Part shown: positions 25,583 to 36,324 of the stretch, in pieces
Layout of the letters: every line of letters starts with the position of its first letter
Position numbering within the stretch: position 1 is the first letter of the stretch
NCBI GenBank assembly: GCA_963702845.1
Contig: OY969763.1
Location: 5,728,001 to 5,792,000, forward strand
DNA from: an uncultured Verrucomicrobiae bacterium
GTDB lineage: Bacteria > Verrucomicrobiota > Verrucomicrobiia > Limisphaerales > Palsa-1400
Direction: 5' to 3'
Length of the DNA stretch: 64,000 bases
Notes under the pieces: generated by a model
What the model was told of the DNA's origin: nothing
Databases searched by the model: none
The model's input: only the letters and a program-made list of their open reading frames with translations
Translations under genes and position numbers: made by a program

Positions 25583-27968
25583 ATGCATATCAACCAATTG
25601 ACGGTCTCGCAGCCTATGTTCCGTCGGCTGCTTCTGCTGGCGATTATCTGCGTTTCTCTCAGCGCCTACTCTTTCGAAGAGCTTTTTAGTTTCCCGCTCC
25701 CTCCTGGGGCTCCGCGAGCCCGACTGTTGCTTGGTAAGGACGGGCTGTTTTACGGAACAACTCAGCAAGGCGGCGCTGGAAATCTAGGTGCAATTTATTC
25801 GATCTCCACAAATGGGATGCTCACCACATTATTCTCGTTCAATGGATCGAATGGCAGCTCCCCATATGGTGGACTAATCCAAGCAAGCGATGGATTGTTG
25901 TACGGAATGACCTCCAGTGGCGGGGTGAGTAACAAGGGAACCGTATTCAAAGCGACTTCAAGCGGTTTGTTTTCATTACTATTGTCGTTTAACGGTACAA
26001 ACGGCGCATCGCCAATGGGTGAGTTAACCCAAGGCGCCGACGGCGCGTTATATGGTACGACTGTAGGTGGCGGCATCGGCGGTTACGGCACGATATTCAA
26101 GATTACGACCGCTGGAGCATTAACTACACTGGCGGCATTTGACGCCACTTCGGGCCACTCGCCTCAAGCCGGATTAGTCCTCGCGTCCGACGGCAACTTC
26201 TACGGCACCACTGAAAGCGGTGGAGCGATGAATTACGGTACCGTATTTCGTGTAACACCGGCAGGCACGCTGAGCACTTTGGTGTCATTCGGGGGGACAA
26301 ACGGAGGTTGGCCATACGGCGCATTAATCCAGGCGTCCGACGGAAACTTGTATGGCATGACGGAAACCGGAGGGTCCTACGACTATGGCAACATCTTCAA
26401 AGTGAGCCTGTCAGGAACGTTGACTGTCGTATGGTCTTTTGATCAAACGAACGGGAGCAACCCGTTTTCCACTCTCCTCCAAACGTCCGACGGCTCGATT
26501 TACGGAACCACTGAATCGGGAGGTGCCGGATTAGGAACAGTTTTCCGACTGGATTCGAACGGAACATTTACATCTCTGTATCATTTTCTCGGATTTGATG
26601 ATGGAATAAACCCCTTTTCAGGACTTGTCCAAGGCGGCGATGGGAATCTTTACGGTACAATGTACGCAGGTAGCAATGAAGGTGTCGGAGCGGTTTACCA
26701 AATCACCCCGGCAGGAAAGCTAAAATCACTTACAACATTCAAAGCCCTCGCCGGAGCCGGCTCGGCCCCCGCACTAGTACCAGGTGGCGGATGGGACTAT
26801 ATACGGCATGACAACAGGGGGAGGACGTTATAGCGACGGCACGATATATAAAGTCACTAACTCCGCAGTTGTGACAAACGTTGTATCGCTCGGTGGGGCA
26901 CGCAGTCCAAATCCTGATTTGATTCAAGCTAAAGACGGTAACTTTTACGGAACGACCGCCAGTGGGGGATCAGGTAATTACGGGACTGTTTTTAAAGTGA
27001 CGCCGACAGGCAACTTAACTACGGCGCTTGTCTTGGATTACTACCAGACCGGCGGAGCTCCCACTGCTGGATTAGTCGAAGCCAGCGATGGCGGCCTGTA
27101 CGGCGTGACATATGCCGGTGGGATCAACGGGGCGGGGACTATTTTCAAACTGACGAACGGAGCGTTGGAGTCCGTCGTTATGTTGCAAGCTTTCAACAAG
27201 CAGCCCGTAGCTGGTCTTATCCAAGCGACCGACGGCTACCTTTACTGCACTTCATCTTCTGGCGGAGCCAATGGCAATGGAACTGTCTTTCGGGCATCGA
27301 CCAATGGCACAGTGACAACCGTCGCCTCCTTCACTGGACCGAACGGCAAGACACCTTATGCCAAACTCCTTCAGGCTATCGACGGCAACTTTTATGGTAC
27401 AACCACTTCAGGAGGCATTTCAAATCGTGGGACTGTTTTTAAAGTAACGCCGACAGGAACGTTGACGACCCTGATTTCGTTTACGGGCCCGAATGGCCGG
27501 TATCCCGTCGGATCATTAATCCAAAGCCCTGAAGGAAACTTTTTTGGAACTACGGAATGGGGCGGTGTAAACGATTACGGCACGGTTTTTAAACTAACCG
27601 GAGCGGGAGTGCTAACCACGTTAGTTTCATTCGATGGAAAGAACGGCCAACATCCCGTCTCCGCATTGCTTCTCGCCAATGACGGCAATTTTTATGGGAC
27701 GACCCGAGATGGGGGCTCCGGTGGCGCCGGCAATGTTTTTAGGCTTAATTCACTTCAACTGAACCCGATCCTTGCACCAATCATTAGTGCCAACAATGTC
27801 GTTGTTGTCTGGGAGGAGAGTTACCCGACGTTTACTTTGCAATCAAAAGCTGATCTATCTGCGTCAGTTGCTTGGATGGACGTTAACAGTCCTGCAGTGG
27901 TCACTAACGGAACCTTCGTTTTCAGTGAAGTGCGCTCGGGCAAAAAGTTCTTCCGTTTGAGGAAGTAA
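25583..27968 (+). CDS. Choice-of-anchor tandem-repeat (GloVer-type) secreted protein, split by one frameshift near 26785
   Basis: About 14 repeats of P.(A)GLIQA.DGNFYGTT..GG...GTVFK.T..G.LTTL.SF.G.NG across ORFs 25583..26833 and 26784..27968; signal peptide; ends KKFFRLRK. Confidence 0.85.
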
Positions 27969-28046
27969 ACCGACCTGCACATTCGTCCGTTTGCCATTTA
28001 CCGTCCAATACTTCAGCTACCAAGGCATTTGTTACCTTCGATACAA

Positions 28047-28113
28047 GGTCTATAACGCCCTTTGTGCCGCTGCTAAAACCGCAAAATCACCAAAGTTTAC
28101 AAGGGTTGTCACG
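28047..28113 (+). repeat. Degenerate copy of the TGTAACG cassette at 30594-30659
   Basis: GGTCTATAACGCCCTTTG..CGCAAAATCACCAAAGTTTACAAGGGTTGTCACG aligns by eye at roughly 80% with 30594-30659. Confidence 0.8.
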
Positions 28114-28125
28114 CTTGTTTCCTTG

Positions 28126-28166
28126 TTGATATTGCTATCAATCTACGCTAATATGTCTTGCCATAT
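28126..28166 (+). promoter_or_regulatory. Putative TA-operon promoter with palindromic operators
   Basis: TTGATA (28126), 17-bp spacer, TAATAT (28149). Inverted repeats TTGATA-TTGC-TATCAA and ATATG-N6-CATAT. Confidence 0.55.
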
Positions 28167-28167
28167 C

Positions 28168-28416
28168 ATGAAGACCACCATTGAAATAGCCGACGACCTA
28201 TTCAAAAAGGTCCAGCGCCTTGCGCAAAAGGAAAACACCTCCTTCCGCGCTTTGACCGAAGCCGGCTTGCGCATGGTTGTTGCGACCAAACACACCAAAA
28301 AGCTAGCCCAACTTCCGCCGTTGGTCACTTTCAATGGCGGCGGCACAACCGACGAATTCAAAGACTGGAATTGGGACAAAATTCGTGACGAAATTTACCA
28401 CAAACACGGCGCATGA
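28168..28416 (+). CDS. vapB: VapB-like antitoxin (RHH-type)
   Basis: MKTTIEIADDLFKKVQRLAQKENTSFRALTEAGLR; 82 aa; ATGA overlap with the PIN gene. Confidence 0.85.
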   Translation: MKTTIEIADDLFKKVQRLAQKENTSFRALTEAGLRMVVATKHTKKLAQLPPLVTFNGGGTTDEFKDWNWDKIRDEIYHKHGA

Positions 28417-28850
28417 TCGCAGTTGATACGAACATCCTCGTTTACTCCCACCGCGAGGAAAGCACCTTTCACGCAAACGCGAAACAGCTTATCGAAAAAC
28501 TCCGGGAAAGTTCTGCGGAATGGGCGATCCCATGGCCATGCATCCATGAATTCATCGCCATCGTTACAAATCCGAAAATCTTCAAAGTTCCAACACCACT
28601 GGACGCCGCATTTGCCTGTATCGACGCATGGCTTGCCGGAGACAATCTCCAGATCATAGCCGAAAGCGACGGATACCTGACGAGGCTCCGCGACCTTTCC
28701 GCGAAAGCCAAACTGCAAGGGGCCCGCATTCACGACGCCCGCATCGCTTCCCTTTGCCTGCACCACGGGATCAACGAACTCTGGACCGCCGACCGCGATT
28801 TCTCGGCTTTCCCACAGCTCCCGACGCGCAATCCGCTGATAACCGGTTAA
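28413..28850 (+). CDS. vapC: VapC-family PIN-domain ribonuclease toxin
   Basis: MIAVDTNILVY..HEF..HDARIA..LWTADRDFSAFP: conserved PIN acidic residues. Confidence 0.92.
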   Translation: MIAVDTNILVYSHREESTFHANAKQLIEKLRESSAEWAIPWPCIHEFIAIVTNPKIFKVPTPLDAAFACIDAWLAGDNLQIIAESDGYLTRLRDLSAKAKLQGARIHDARIASLCLHHGINELWTADRDFSAFPQLPTRNPLITG

Positions 28851-29077
28851 TTCTTCGAGAATATCTTCCACTTCATGCTCCAGACGTGGTCCGCCACGCG
28901 CGCGGATTGTTGCATTTGTTGACAGAACTATACCGTCAGATATACATAAGTAAGTTGCGCGTCATGCTAATCATTAAGCGGGCGATTAACTGGAATCAGT
29001 CTATCCCTGATTTCCGCGAGACGAGCCCAGCGCGCATCTTTACTGCATCGCATAGCTGATCGGGAACTAACGAATTC

Positions 29078-30559
29078 ATGAAGCAACGGAAACACTTTTG
29101 CATTGTTACGGTCCTCTTTGCTCTTTATGCGCCGCTGCCCATGCGCGCTGACGACTCTAGCGCTCAAATCATCCAGGAACTCAAGCAGCGCATCGAACAA
29201 CTCGAGAAAAAAGTCCAGTCGCTCGAACGCGGATCGGTTGTCACGAACACGCCGCCCGCAATTGCAGAACACACCTCTGCCCGCGCCGCCACCGTAGAAA
29301 CAGCATCGAAACCAATTCCCACCATAAGACTCGACGACCGCGGGTTTTCATTCGCGTCGGCGAACAGCAATTATGTGCTCCGTCTTGGCGCGGTGTTGCA
29401 GTTGGACACGCGCACTTTTTTCAACGACCCGGGCAATCCGGGTAACAATGGATTTCTGTTGCGGCGCGCTCGACCAATCCTCGCCGCCACAGTGCTGCAT
29501 GATTTTGATTTTTATTTCGTGCCGGACTTTGGAACGTCGGGCAATGGCGGCAACAATGGCACAACCTCAACCCCGCAAATCTTCGACGCCGCCCTGACCT
29601 ATCGCTACAACCCAGCCCTGCAGATTACCGCCGGAAAATTCAAATCGCCGGTTGGCCTTGAACAACTCCAGTCCGACCGCGATATCACCTTCAACGAACG
29701 CGCGCTGCCGACGGACCTGGTGCCCAATCGTGATCTCGGCTTTGAACTGCACGGCGATCTGTTCGACGGAACCGTCGGTTATGCGGCTGGCATCTTCAAC
29801 GGCGTCGGTGATGCGCGCCTGTCCAGTAATTCAAATGTGAACAACGACAAGGCATTCGCGGGCCGTCTGTTTTTCCATCCGTTCAAACCATGGGCGCTGG
29901 CGGGGCTCAAAGGATTCGGCTTCGGACTTGGCGGCAGCTTCGAAGATATTCAAGGAACGAACACCGCGAGTTTGCCCAACACTACCGGAGGCTCAAATCC
30001 CGGCTACGCGACCGTCGGCCAACAACAATTTTTCGCTTACACCAACGGCGTCGTGGCCACAGGCCAGCATTGGCGGCTTTCGCCACAAGGTTCCTATTAC
30101 TATGGCCCGTTCGGTCTGCTCGGTGAATACGGTATCTCCAATCAAAAGGTGCGTCTTCGCAGCGGCGCTCCGGCATACCTAAACAACACGGCCTGGCAGA
30201 TCACAGGATCGTGGGTCTTGACTGGTGAAGACGCGAGTTTCGATGGCGTAGTTCCTCGGTTCGACTTCAATCCATCGGAAGGCTCATGGGGCGCATGGCA
30301 GTTGGCCGCGCGCTATTCGCAACTCGACATCGACCACGCCGCTTTCCCGAGCTTCGCCGACCCGCGCGCATCCGCACGCTCCGCTCGAGAATTCGCGATC
30401 GGCCTTAACTGGTATCTCAGCCGCAACGTCCGCGCCGACGCGAGTTTTTCCCACACACAATTCGAAGGCGGCGGTCAAAGCGCCGGCAGTTCTGCTCCTG
30501 CAACAGTGACGCGCCACGACGAAAACGTCTTGTTCACCCGCTTGCAATTGGCGTTCTGA
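29078..30559 (+). CDS. OprO/OprP-family anion (phosphate/sulfate)-selective porin
   Basis: Signal peptide, coiled coil, FLLRRARP, GKFKSPVGLEQLQ..FNERAL..PNRDLG, WQLAARYS, GLNWY, terminal Phe (RLQLAF). Confidence 0.85.
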   Translation: MKQRKHFCIVTVLFALYAPLPMRADDSSAQIIQELKQRIEQLEKKVQSLERGSVVTNTPPAIAEHTSARAATVETASKPIPTIRLDDRGFSFASANSNYVLRLGAVLQLDTRTFFNDPGNPGNNGFLLRRARPILAATVLHDFDFYFVPDFGTSGNGGNNGTTSTPQIFDAALTYRYNPALQITAGKFKSPVGLEQLQSDRDITFNERALPTDLVPNRDLGFELHGDLFDGTVGYAAGIFNGVGDARLSSNSNVNNDKAFAGRLFFHPFKPWALAGLKGFGFGLGGSFEDIQGTNTASLPNTTGGSNPGYATVGQQQFFAYTNGVVATGQHWRLSPQGSYYYGPFGLLGEYGISNQKVRLRSGAPAYLNNTAWQITGSWVLTGEDASFDGVVPRFDFNPSEGSWGAWQLAARYSQLDIDHAAFPSFADPRASARSAREFAIGLNWYLSRNVRADASFSHTQFEGGGQSAGSSAPATVTRHDENVLFTRLQLAF

Positions 30560-30575
30560 TCGGCCGGTTCGATTT

Positions 30576-30667
30576 TGTAACGCCTCCGCAGAGGGTCTGT
30601 AACGCCCTTTGTAACGGGTAAAAACGCAAAAATCACCAATGTTTACAAGGGTTGTAACGATGTAACG
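30576..30667 (+). repeat. Iteron-like cassette with five TGTAACG direct repeats
   Basis: TGTAACG at 30576, 30598, 30610, 30653 and 30661, with an A-rich spacer between copies 3 and 4. Confidence 0.85.
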
Positions 30668-30734
30668 GGTCAAACCCCCTGGAAGGGTGGGGGTAGGGTT
30701 GTTGGCCCGACGCCGTTCGCTTTCGTGTCGCATC

Positions 30735-30803
30735 TACAGCTATCCGCAGTTAACCGCAGTCGCAGTAGATATCACTAAATCGCACCAGATCGCAGTAGTT
30801 TTT
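30735..30803 (-). repeat. Leader plus decamer array (same family as 1628-1690), on the minus strand
   Basis: Minus strand reads AAAAACTAC TGCGATCTGG TGCGATTTAG TGATATCTAC TGCGAC, followed by further 10-bp-phased CTGCGG units. Confidence 0.75.
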
Positions 30804-30840
30804 GATCACTTCCATCTGCACCAAAATCCCCGCATATATT

Positions 30841-30893
30841 GGTGTTCAATCTGTTGCGAGGCGGACGTTCCGCTTCAATCAGTGGCTAAAAAC
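30841..30893. repeat. Half-element of the 19.6-kb family interrupted by a small hairpin
   Basis: GGTGTTCAATCTGT[TGCGAGGCGGACGTTCCGCT]TCAATCAGTGGCTAAAAAC versus 19686-19709 GGTGTTCAATCCGTGGCTAAAAAC. Confidence 0.7.
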
Positions 30894-30940
30894 ACCGCAA
30901 ACTTGTAATCAGCCCGATTTCATGCTGAATTGTTCCTTCG

Positions 30941-32669
30941 ATGAAAAAGAATCAGCCGAATAACCCCCGCAAATATTCCAGCCTCGTTCTCGACGGTCCT
31001 GAACGCGCACCCAGCCGCGCCATGCTTTATGCCGTCGGGTTCAAACAGGAAGATTTCAAGAAGCCGCTCATCGGCATCGCCTCGAGCTGGAGCATGGTCA
31101 CGCCGTGCAACGCGCATTTGGACAAGCTGGCCATCGAAGCTGAGCTCGGCGCAAACGCGGCCGGCGGCAAAGCGATCATCTTTAATACCATCACGGTTTC
31201 CGACGGTATTTCGATGGGCACCGAAGGAATGAAATATTCCCTCGTCTCGCGCGAAGTGATCGCCGATTCGATTGAGACGGTCGTCGGCAACGAAGGCATG
31301 GACGGTTATGTCGCCATCGGTGGATGTGACAAAAATATGCCCGGCGCGATGATGGCCATCGCCCGCATGAATCGTCCGGCCGTGTTCGTTTATGGCGGCA
31401 CCATTTTGCCCGGCTGCATCACTGGCGATCCGCGCAAGCTCGACATCGTTTCCGTTTTCGAAGCCGTCGGCGCGCATGCGAACAAAAAGATCGACGACGC
31501 GCAGCTTCAAAAAATCGAATCGTGCGCTATCCCCGGACCTGGTTCCTGCGGCGGCATGTACACCGCGAACACCATGGCCAGTGCGATCGAAGCGATGGGA
31601 ATGAGCCTGCCCAACAGCTCGGCGCAAAATGCGATTTCTAAAGCGAAGAAAGAAGACTGCCAGCGCGCGGGCGCCGCGGTCGTCGACTTACTCAAACGCA
31701 ATATCCGGCCTTTGGATATCATGACGCGTAAGGCTTTTGAAAACGCGATCACTGTCGTTATCGCTCTCGGTGGTTCCACCAACGCTGTGTTGCATCTGTT
31801 GGCCATTGCCAATGCTGCAGGCGTGAAGCTTTCTATCGACGATTTCACGAAGATCGGCAAGCACGTTCCAGTGCTCGCTGACTTGAAGCCAAGTGGTCGA
31901 TACCTCATGTCCGAGCTCGTCGCCATCGGCGGCATTCAGCCGTTGATGAAGACGTTGCTCGATGCTGGTTTGCTGCACGGCGATTGCATGACGGTCACTG
32001 GCAAAACGATGGCGCAGAATCTCGCCGGCGGTTCATCCATATCCCGCGGGTCAACAAATCATCCACCGCTCTTGATAATCCGATCAAAAAGGACAGCCAT
32101 CTCGTGATTCTTTACGGCAACCTCGCCCCCAAGGCGCCGTGGCGAAGATCACCGGCAAGGAAGGTCTGCGCTTCGAAGGCGCTGCGCGCGTGTTCAATTC
32201 TGAAGAACAAGCGATGGAAAAAATCATGGACGGCTCCATCAAGAAAGGTGACGTCGTGGTGATTCGTTTCGAGGGACCGAAAGGCGGTCCCGGCATGCGC
32301 GAAATGCTTTCGCCCACCAGCGCGATCATGGGCAAAGGTCTCGGCAAAGACGTCGCGCTCATTACCGACGGACGTTTCTCCGGCGGAACGCACGGTTTCG
32401 TTGTCGGCCACATTACGCCTGAAGCTTACGTCGGCGGCCCGCTCGCAATCGTGAAAAATGGCGACAAAATTGTCATCGACGCGGAAAAGCGCGAACTGAC
32501 CATGGGCGTTTCGGCGTCGGAAATGAAAGCCCGCAAGAAAGCGTGGAAACCGATGAAGCCACGTTATACCCGTGGCGTCTTGGCCAAATACGCGCATCTC
32601 GTGACTTCTGCGTCCCTGGGTGCGGTGACCGACCAGAATCTGAAGTTAGAAATTGTAAGCGAAATATAA
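30941..32669 (+). CDS. ilvD: Dihydroxy-acid dehydratase; frameshifts near 32030-32135 (probably sequence errors)
   Basis: [59 protein letters not shown], spread over three frames. Confidence 0.93.
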
Positions 32670-32746
32670 ATCGACGAATACAAAGTCCGAGAACGTCTAT
32701 TGTTCTCGCTTGGCGTATTTGTTTTTATAATGATTCAATTAACTCT

Positions 32747-35700
32747 ATGAATTTCAAAGGGGCACTACTCGCCCTCGCAACGTTTGTCGCGGCGCAGCCT
32801 GCGATAGCCCAGCAGGATAATTTCGCCGACGAACATCCGCAAAACCGGAACCGCTCACACCCGAGCAGGAAGTCAAAACGTTTCATTTGCCGCCCGGGGT
32901 TCGAAGCGCAACTGGTCGCCAGCGAACCTGACATCGGCAAGCCGATGAACATGGCGTTCGATTCGAAGGGCCGTCTTGTGGGTCACCCATATCGCGCGAG
33001 TATCCGTTTCCTGTGTTGCCGGTGGAGAAACCAGGCCGCGATCGAAGTCGTGGTCATTGAAAATTTCGATGCCAACGGACGCGCGCACAAATTCACCACG
33101 TTCAAGACGGGGCTGAATATCCCGATCGGTTTGTATCCCTACAAGGACGGCGTGCTCGCCTTTCAGTATTCCGAAGATTCATTTTTTTGAAGACACCGAC
33201 GGCGACCTGAATGCGGACAAGGACACGGTTTTGTTGAGTGGATTCGGTTATCAAAAAGACACGCATGGGCTGACGAGCAATTTTCGCCGCGGATTTCGAT
33301 GGTTGGGTTTATGCCGATCACGGATTCAACAACGACTCGACCATCGTGGTGTCGATGGCAGTTCGATCACGATGAATTCGGGCAACTGCTACCGCTTTCA
33401 TCCCGATGGCACACACGTTGAGCAACACAGCCATGGGCAGGTGAATCCATTCGGATTGATGTTCGATCCGCTGGGAGATTTGTGGTCGGCCGATTGCCAT
33501 AGCGCGCCGACGTATATTTGTTGCACGGCGCGTTATTATCCGAGCTTCGGCAAACCGAGCGACGGATTGGGTTTCGCGCCGGAAGTGTGCACGCACAGCC
33601 ATGGTTCAACAGCGATTTGCGGCATGCTGTTTCTACGATGACGATCAATGGCCGGCGGAATATCGCTGGAACACGTTCATCGGAAACGTGATGACCTGCA
33701 AAATCAATCGCGACTCGTACATCGAGCACGGTTCGACACGCATAGCAAAAGAGGAGCCGGATTTTCTGTCGAGCGATGATCCGTGGTTTCGTCCAGTGAA
33801 CATCGAGTTCGGGCCGGATGGCGCGATGTATGTCGCGGATTTTTATAATCGCATCATCGGCCATTACGAAGTGGCGTTGGATCATCCCGGGTCGTGATCG
33901 CGAACGCGGCCGCATCTGGCGCATTGTTTACACAGGTCCAGATGGCGAAAAACGAACGCCTCAATGCTCTCGTCTCAACAAACAAGACATCGATTCGATT
34001 TGTCAAAGACTTTCGTCTCGCAACTCATTCGAGAATTCGCGACCCGAACATTCGCCGTCGCATGATGGCGACGGATGAGTTGGTTGATCGCATCGGCCAG
34101 CCTGCGATCAAGCCAGTTGCGAAAATGATGGACGAGCAAAAAGTCAGATGCACATCAGCGCGCTCACGGCTTGTGGGTGCTCCATCGGTTGAACGGATTG
34201 AATGAAAAATTTTGACGCCGCGTGCTAATGATTCTGATCGTCTGGTGCGCGTTCATGCGATGCGCGTGTTGGCAGACATGCAGTATTGGAACAACGGCCA
34301 GGTGGCGCTCGCGCAGCAAGGGATGTTTGATACAGATGGTTATGTTCAACGCGCGGCGGTGGATGCGGTGAGTCGTCATGAGATGAGCCAGAACGTGCCC
34401 GCTTCTTAAATTGCGCGCGAACAATCGCCGGAGGACCAAGCGTTGGTTTACATGACGCGCATTTCGTTGCGAAATCAGTTGAATTCAGACTCAACATTCA
34501 CGGCATGGCGAGCAGCAATTTGAGCGAACAGGAACAACGCGCCATCGCTGATGTTTGCATCGGTCTGAAAACAAAAGCGTCCGGTGCATTTTTTGGCCTC
34601 TTACCTCGAACATGCGAACGAGAGCCGCCGAAAAGATGGAGGGTCTATTTGAAACATATCGCGCGTTATGCTCCCGACAGTGCGATGGATAAATTGGCTG
34701 CGTTCGCACGCAAGCGTTTCGCCGACGACATCGACTTCCAATTGACCTTGTTTAGGTCTGTCGAAGAAGGCATGCAACAACGTGGCGGCGCCTTGGGCCA
34801 GGCTTTGCAGGATTGGGGCACGGAACTGGCGCAGCGTTTGATGGTTTCGGTCGATACGAAGAAACTCGATTGGCGCAACTCCACAATCAAAGGAGATGAC
34901 GCGACCAATCCATGGGTGTTGCAGAAACGGGACTCGGCGGATGGAAATAAAGACGCGACTTTCATCTCGAGCCTTGCTCCTGGCGGAGAGTCGCTAACCG
35001 GCATTTTGCGTTCGCGCGATTTTGTCATTCCCAAGATAATCTGACTTTCTGGCTCGCCGGACACGATGGTGTCGCCAGAGAAACCGATCGGCAAAAGAAA
35101 CTACGTGCGTTTGTGCGAAGAGGGACCGGCAAAGTCATCAAGAGCGTGAGACCGCCGCGCAACGACCTCGCGCAACGTGTGCATATGGGACATACAAACT
35201 ATGCAGGCAAAAAGGGCTATATCGAAGTGGTGGACGGCAATCGCGGACACTCTTACGCGTGGCTCGCAGCCGGACGATTCAACCCAGCAGTTGTACCGAT
35301 GCCGGTCGTGATTCCTAACCAAGTCGATCTGCGCCAGCGCTCGGCCGCTGAATTGGCAACGGCATTGAAGATCTCCGAGCTGGAAAAACCGCTCGACGAA
35401 TTGTTCCTCGACGATTCAGCGAACGAAGTTTCACGCGCGGCCGCTGCCAAGGCGTTGATGATTTTGAATCCAGCGAAGCATGCGAGTGAACTTGGAGTGG
35501 TGCTAGGCAATGCTGCCGAGTCGCAGAAGTTGCGCGAGGATTGCGCGAAGTTCTTCGCCGAAAGCAAATCGTCGTCCGCTGATACATTCATCGTCAGGAC
35601 GCATCTGGCTACCGCGCCGCAAAGTTTGCAAACGCAATTGCCCTCGACGCTGGCGAGCAAGACGGAAGGCGCAGAAGTGTTGCTGGCGGCGGTCGAAAAC

Positions 35701-36299
35701 GGAAAAGCGTCGCGACAACTGTTGCAGGACAAAACCATCAAGGATCGTTTGATTTCATCCAAGCCGAACAATTGGAAAAGCGGCTCGAAGAGCTGACAAA
35801 AGGTTTGCCGACTGTGGACGCGGAACGGCAGAAGTTGATCGATGAACGCGCGACGGCGTTTAGCTCCAAAGAAGCATCTCCAGGCATGGGAATGCAAGTG
35901 TTCAAGAAAAATTGCATCGTCTGTCATCAGCTTGACGGCGTAGGCGCGACGGTTGGGCCCCAACTTGACGGCGTCGGCAATCGCGGCGCCGATCGAATTA
36001 TCGAAGACATTCTTGACCCAAGCCGAAACGTTGATCCGGCGTTTCGTGTGACGCTGTTCACGATGAAAGATGGCGATGTGGAGAGCGGATTGTTCCGTCG
36101 CGAAGAAGGCGCGATGATTGTGTACGCCGACACCACCGGAAAAGAGCATTCAATTCTCAAAGCGGATGTGGCGGAGAAGCGTCAATCGCAGTTGTCACTG
36201 ATGCCGGATAACTTCGGCCAGGCGATTTCGAGTGATGATTTCAATAACCTCATCGCTTACTTGATGTCAAAAGGCATGAAAGCTCAGGCGCACAAGTAG
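32747..36299 (+). CDS. PVC-type heme-binding CxxCH protein (dehydrogenase-like beta-propeller, HEAT repeats, cytochrome c); many frameshifts
   Basis: PGFEAQLVASEPDIGKPMNMAFD, GQVNPFG, DPWFRPVNIEFGPDGAMYVADFYNRIIGHYE, NCIVCHQ..VGPQLDG..ILDPS, SLMPDNF, in successive ORF fragments. Confidence 0.8.
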
Positions 36300-36324
36300 A
36301 GGCGTGCCGTTGATGACTTGCCGC

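Noticed and set aside
25583..27968. Diversity-generating retroelement (template/variable repeat) among the GloVer repeats
   Set aside because: Repeat copies differ at all base types in a codon-like pattern, not only at adenines, and no reverse transcriptase is present.
28126..28141. FNR box upstream of vapB
   Set aside because: The spacing is TTGAT-N6-ATCAA rather than N4; more likely a TA operator overlapping the -35.
23600..30900. Intact prophage, satellite or ICE
   Set aside because: No integrase, primase domain, structural or transfer genes, and no att-like repeat at a tRNA. At most an eroded or domesticated remnant.
30560..30940. Chromosomal oriC at the apparent C-to-G skew transition
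   Set aside because: No DnaA boxes (TTATCCACA) spotted and no dnaA/dnaN/parAB nearby; the skew seems patchy rather than a clean switch. Not fully excluded without the whole genome.
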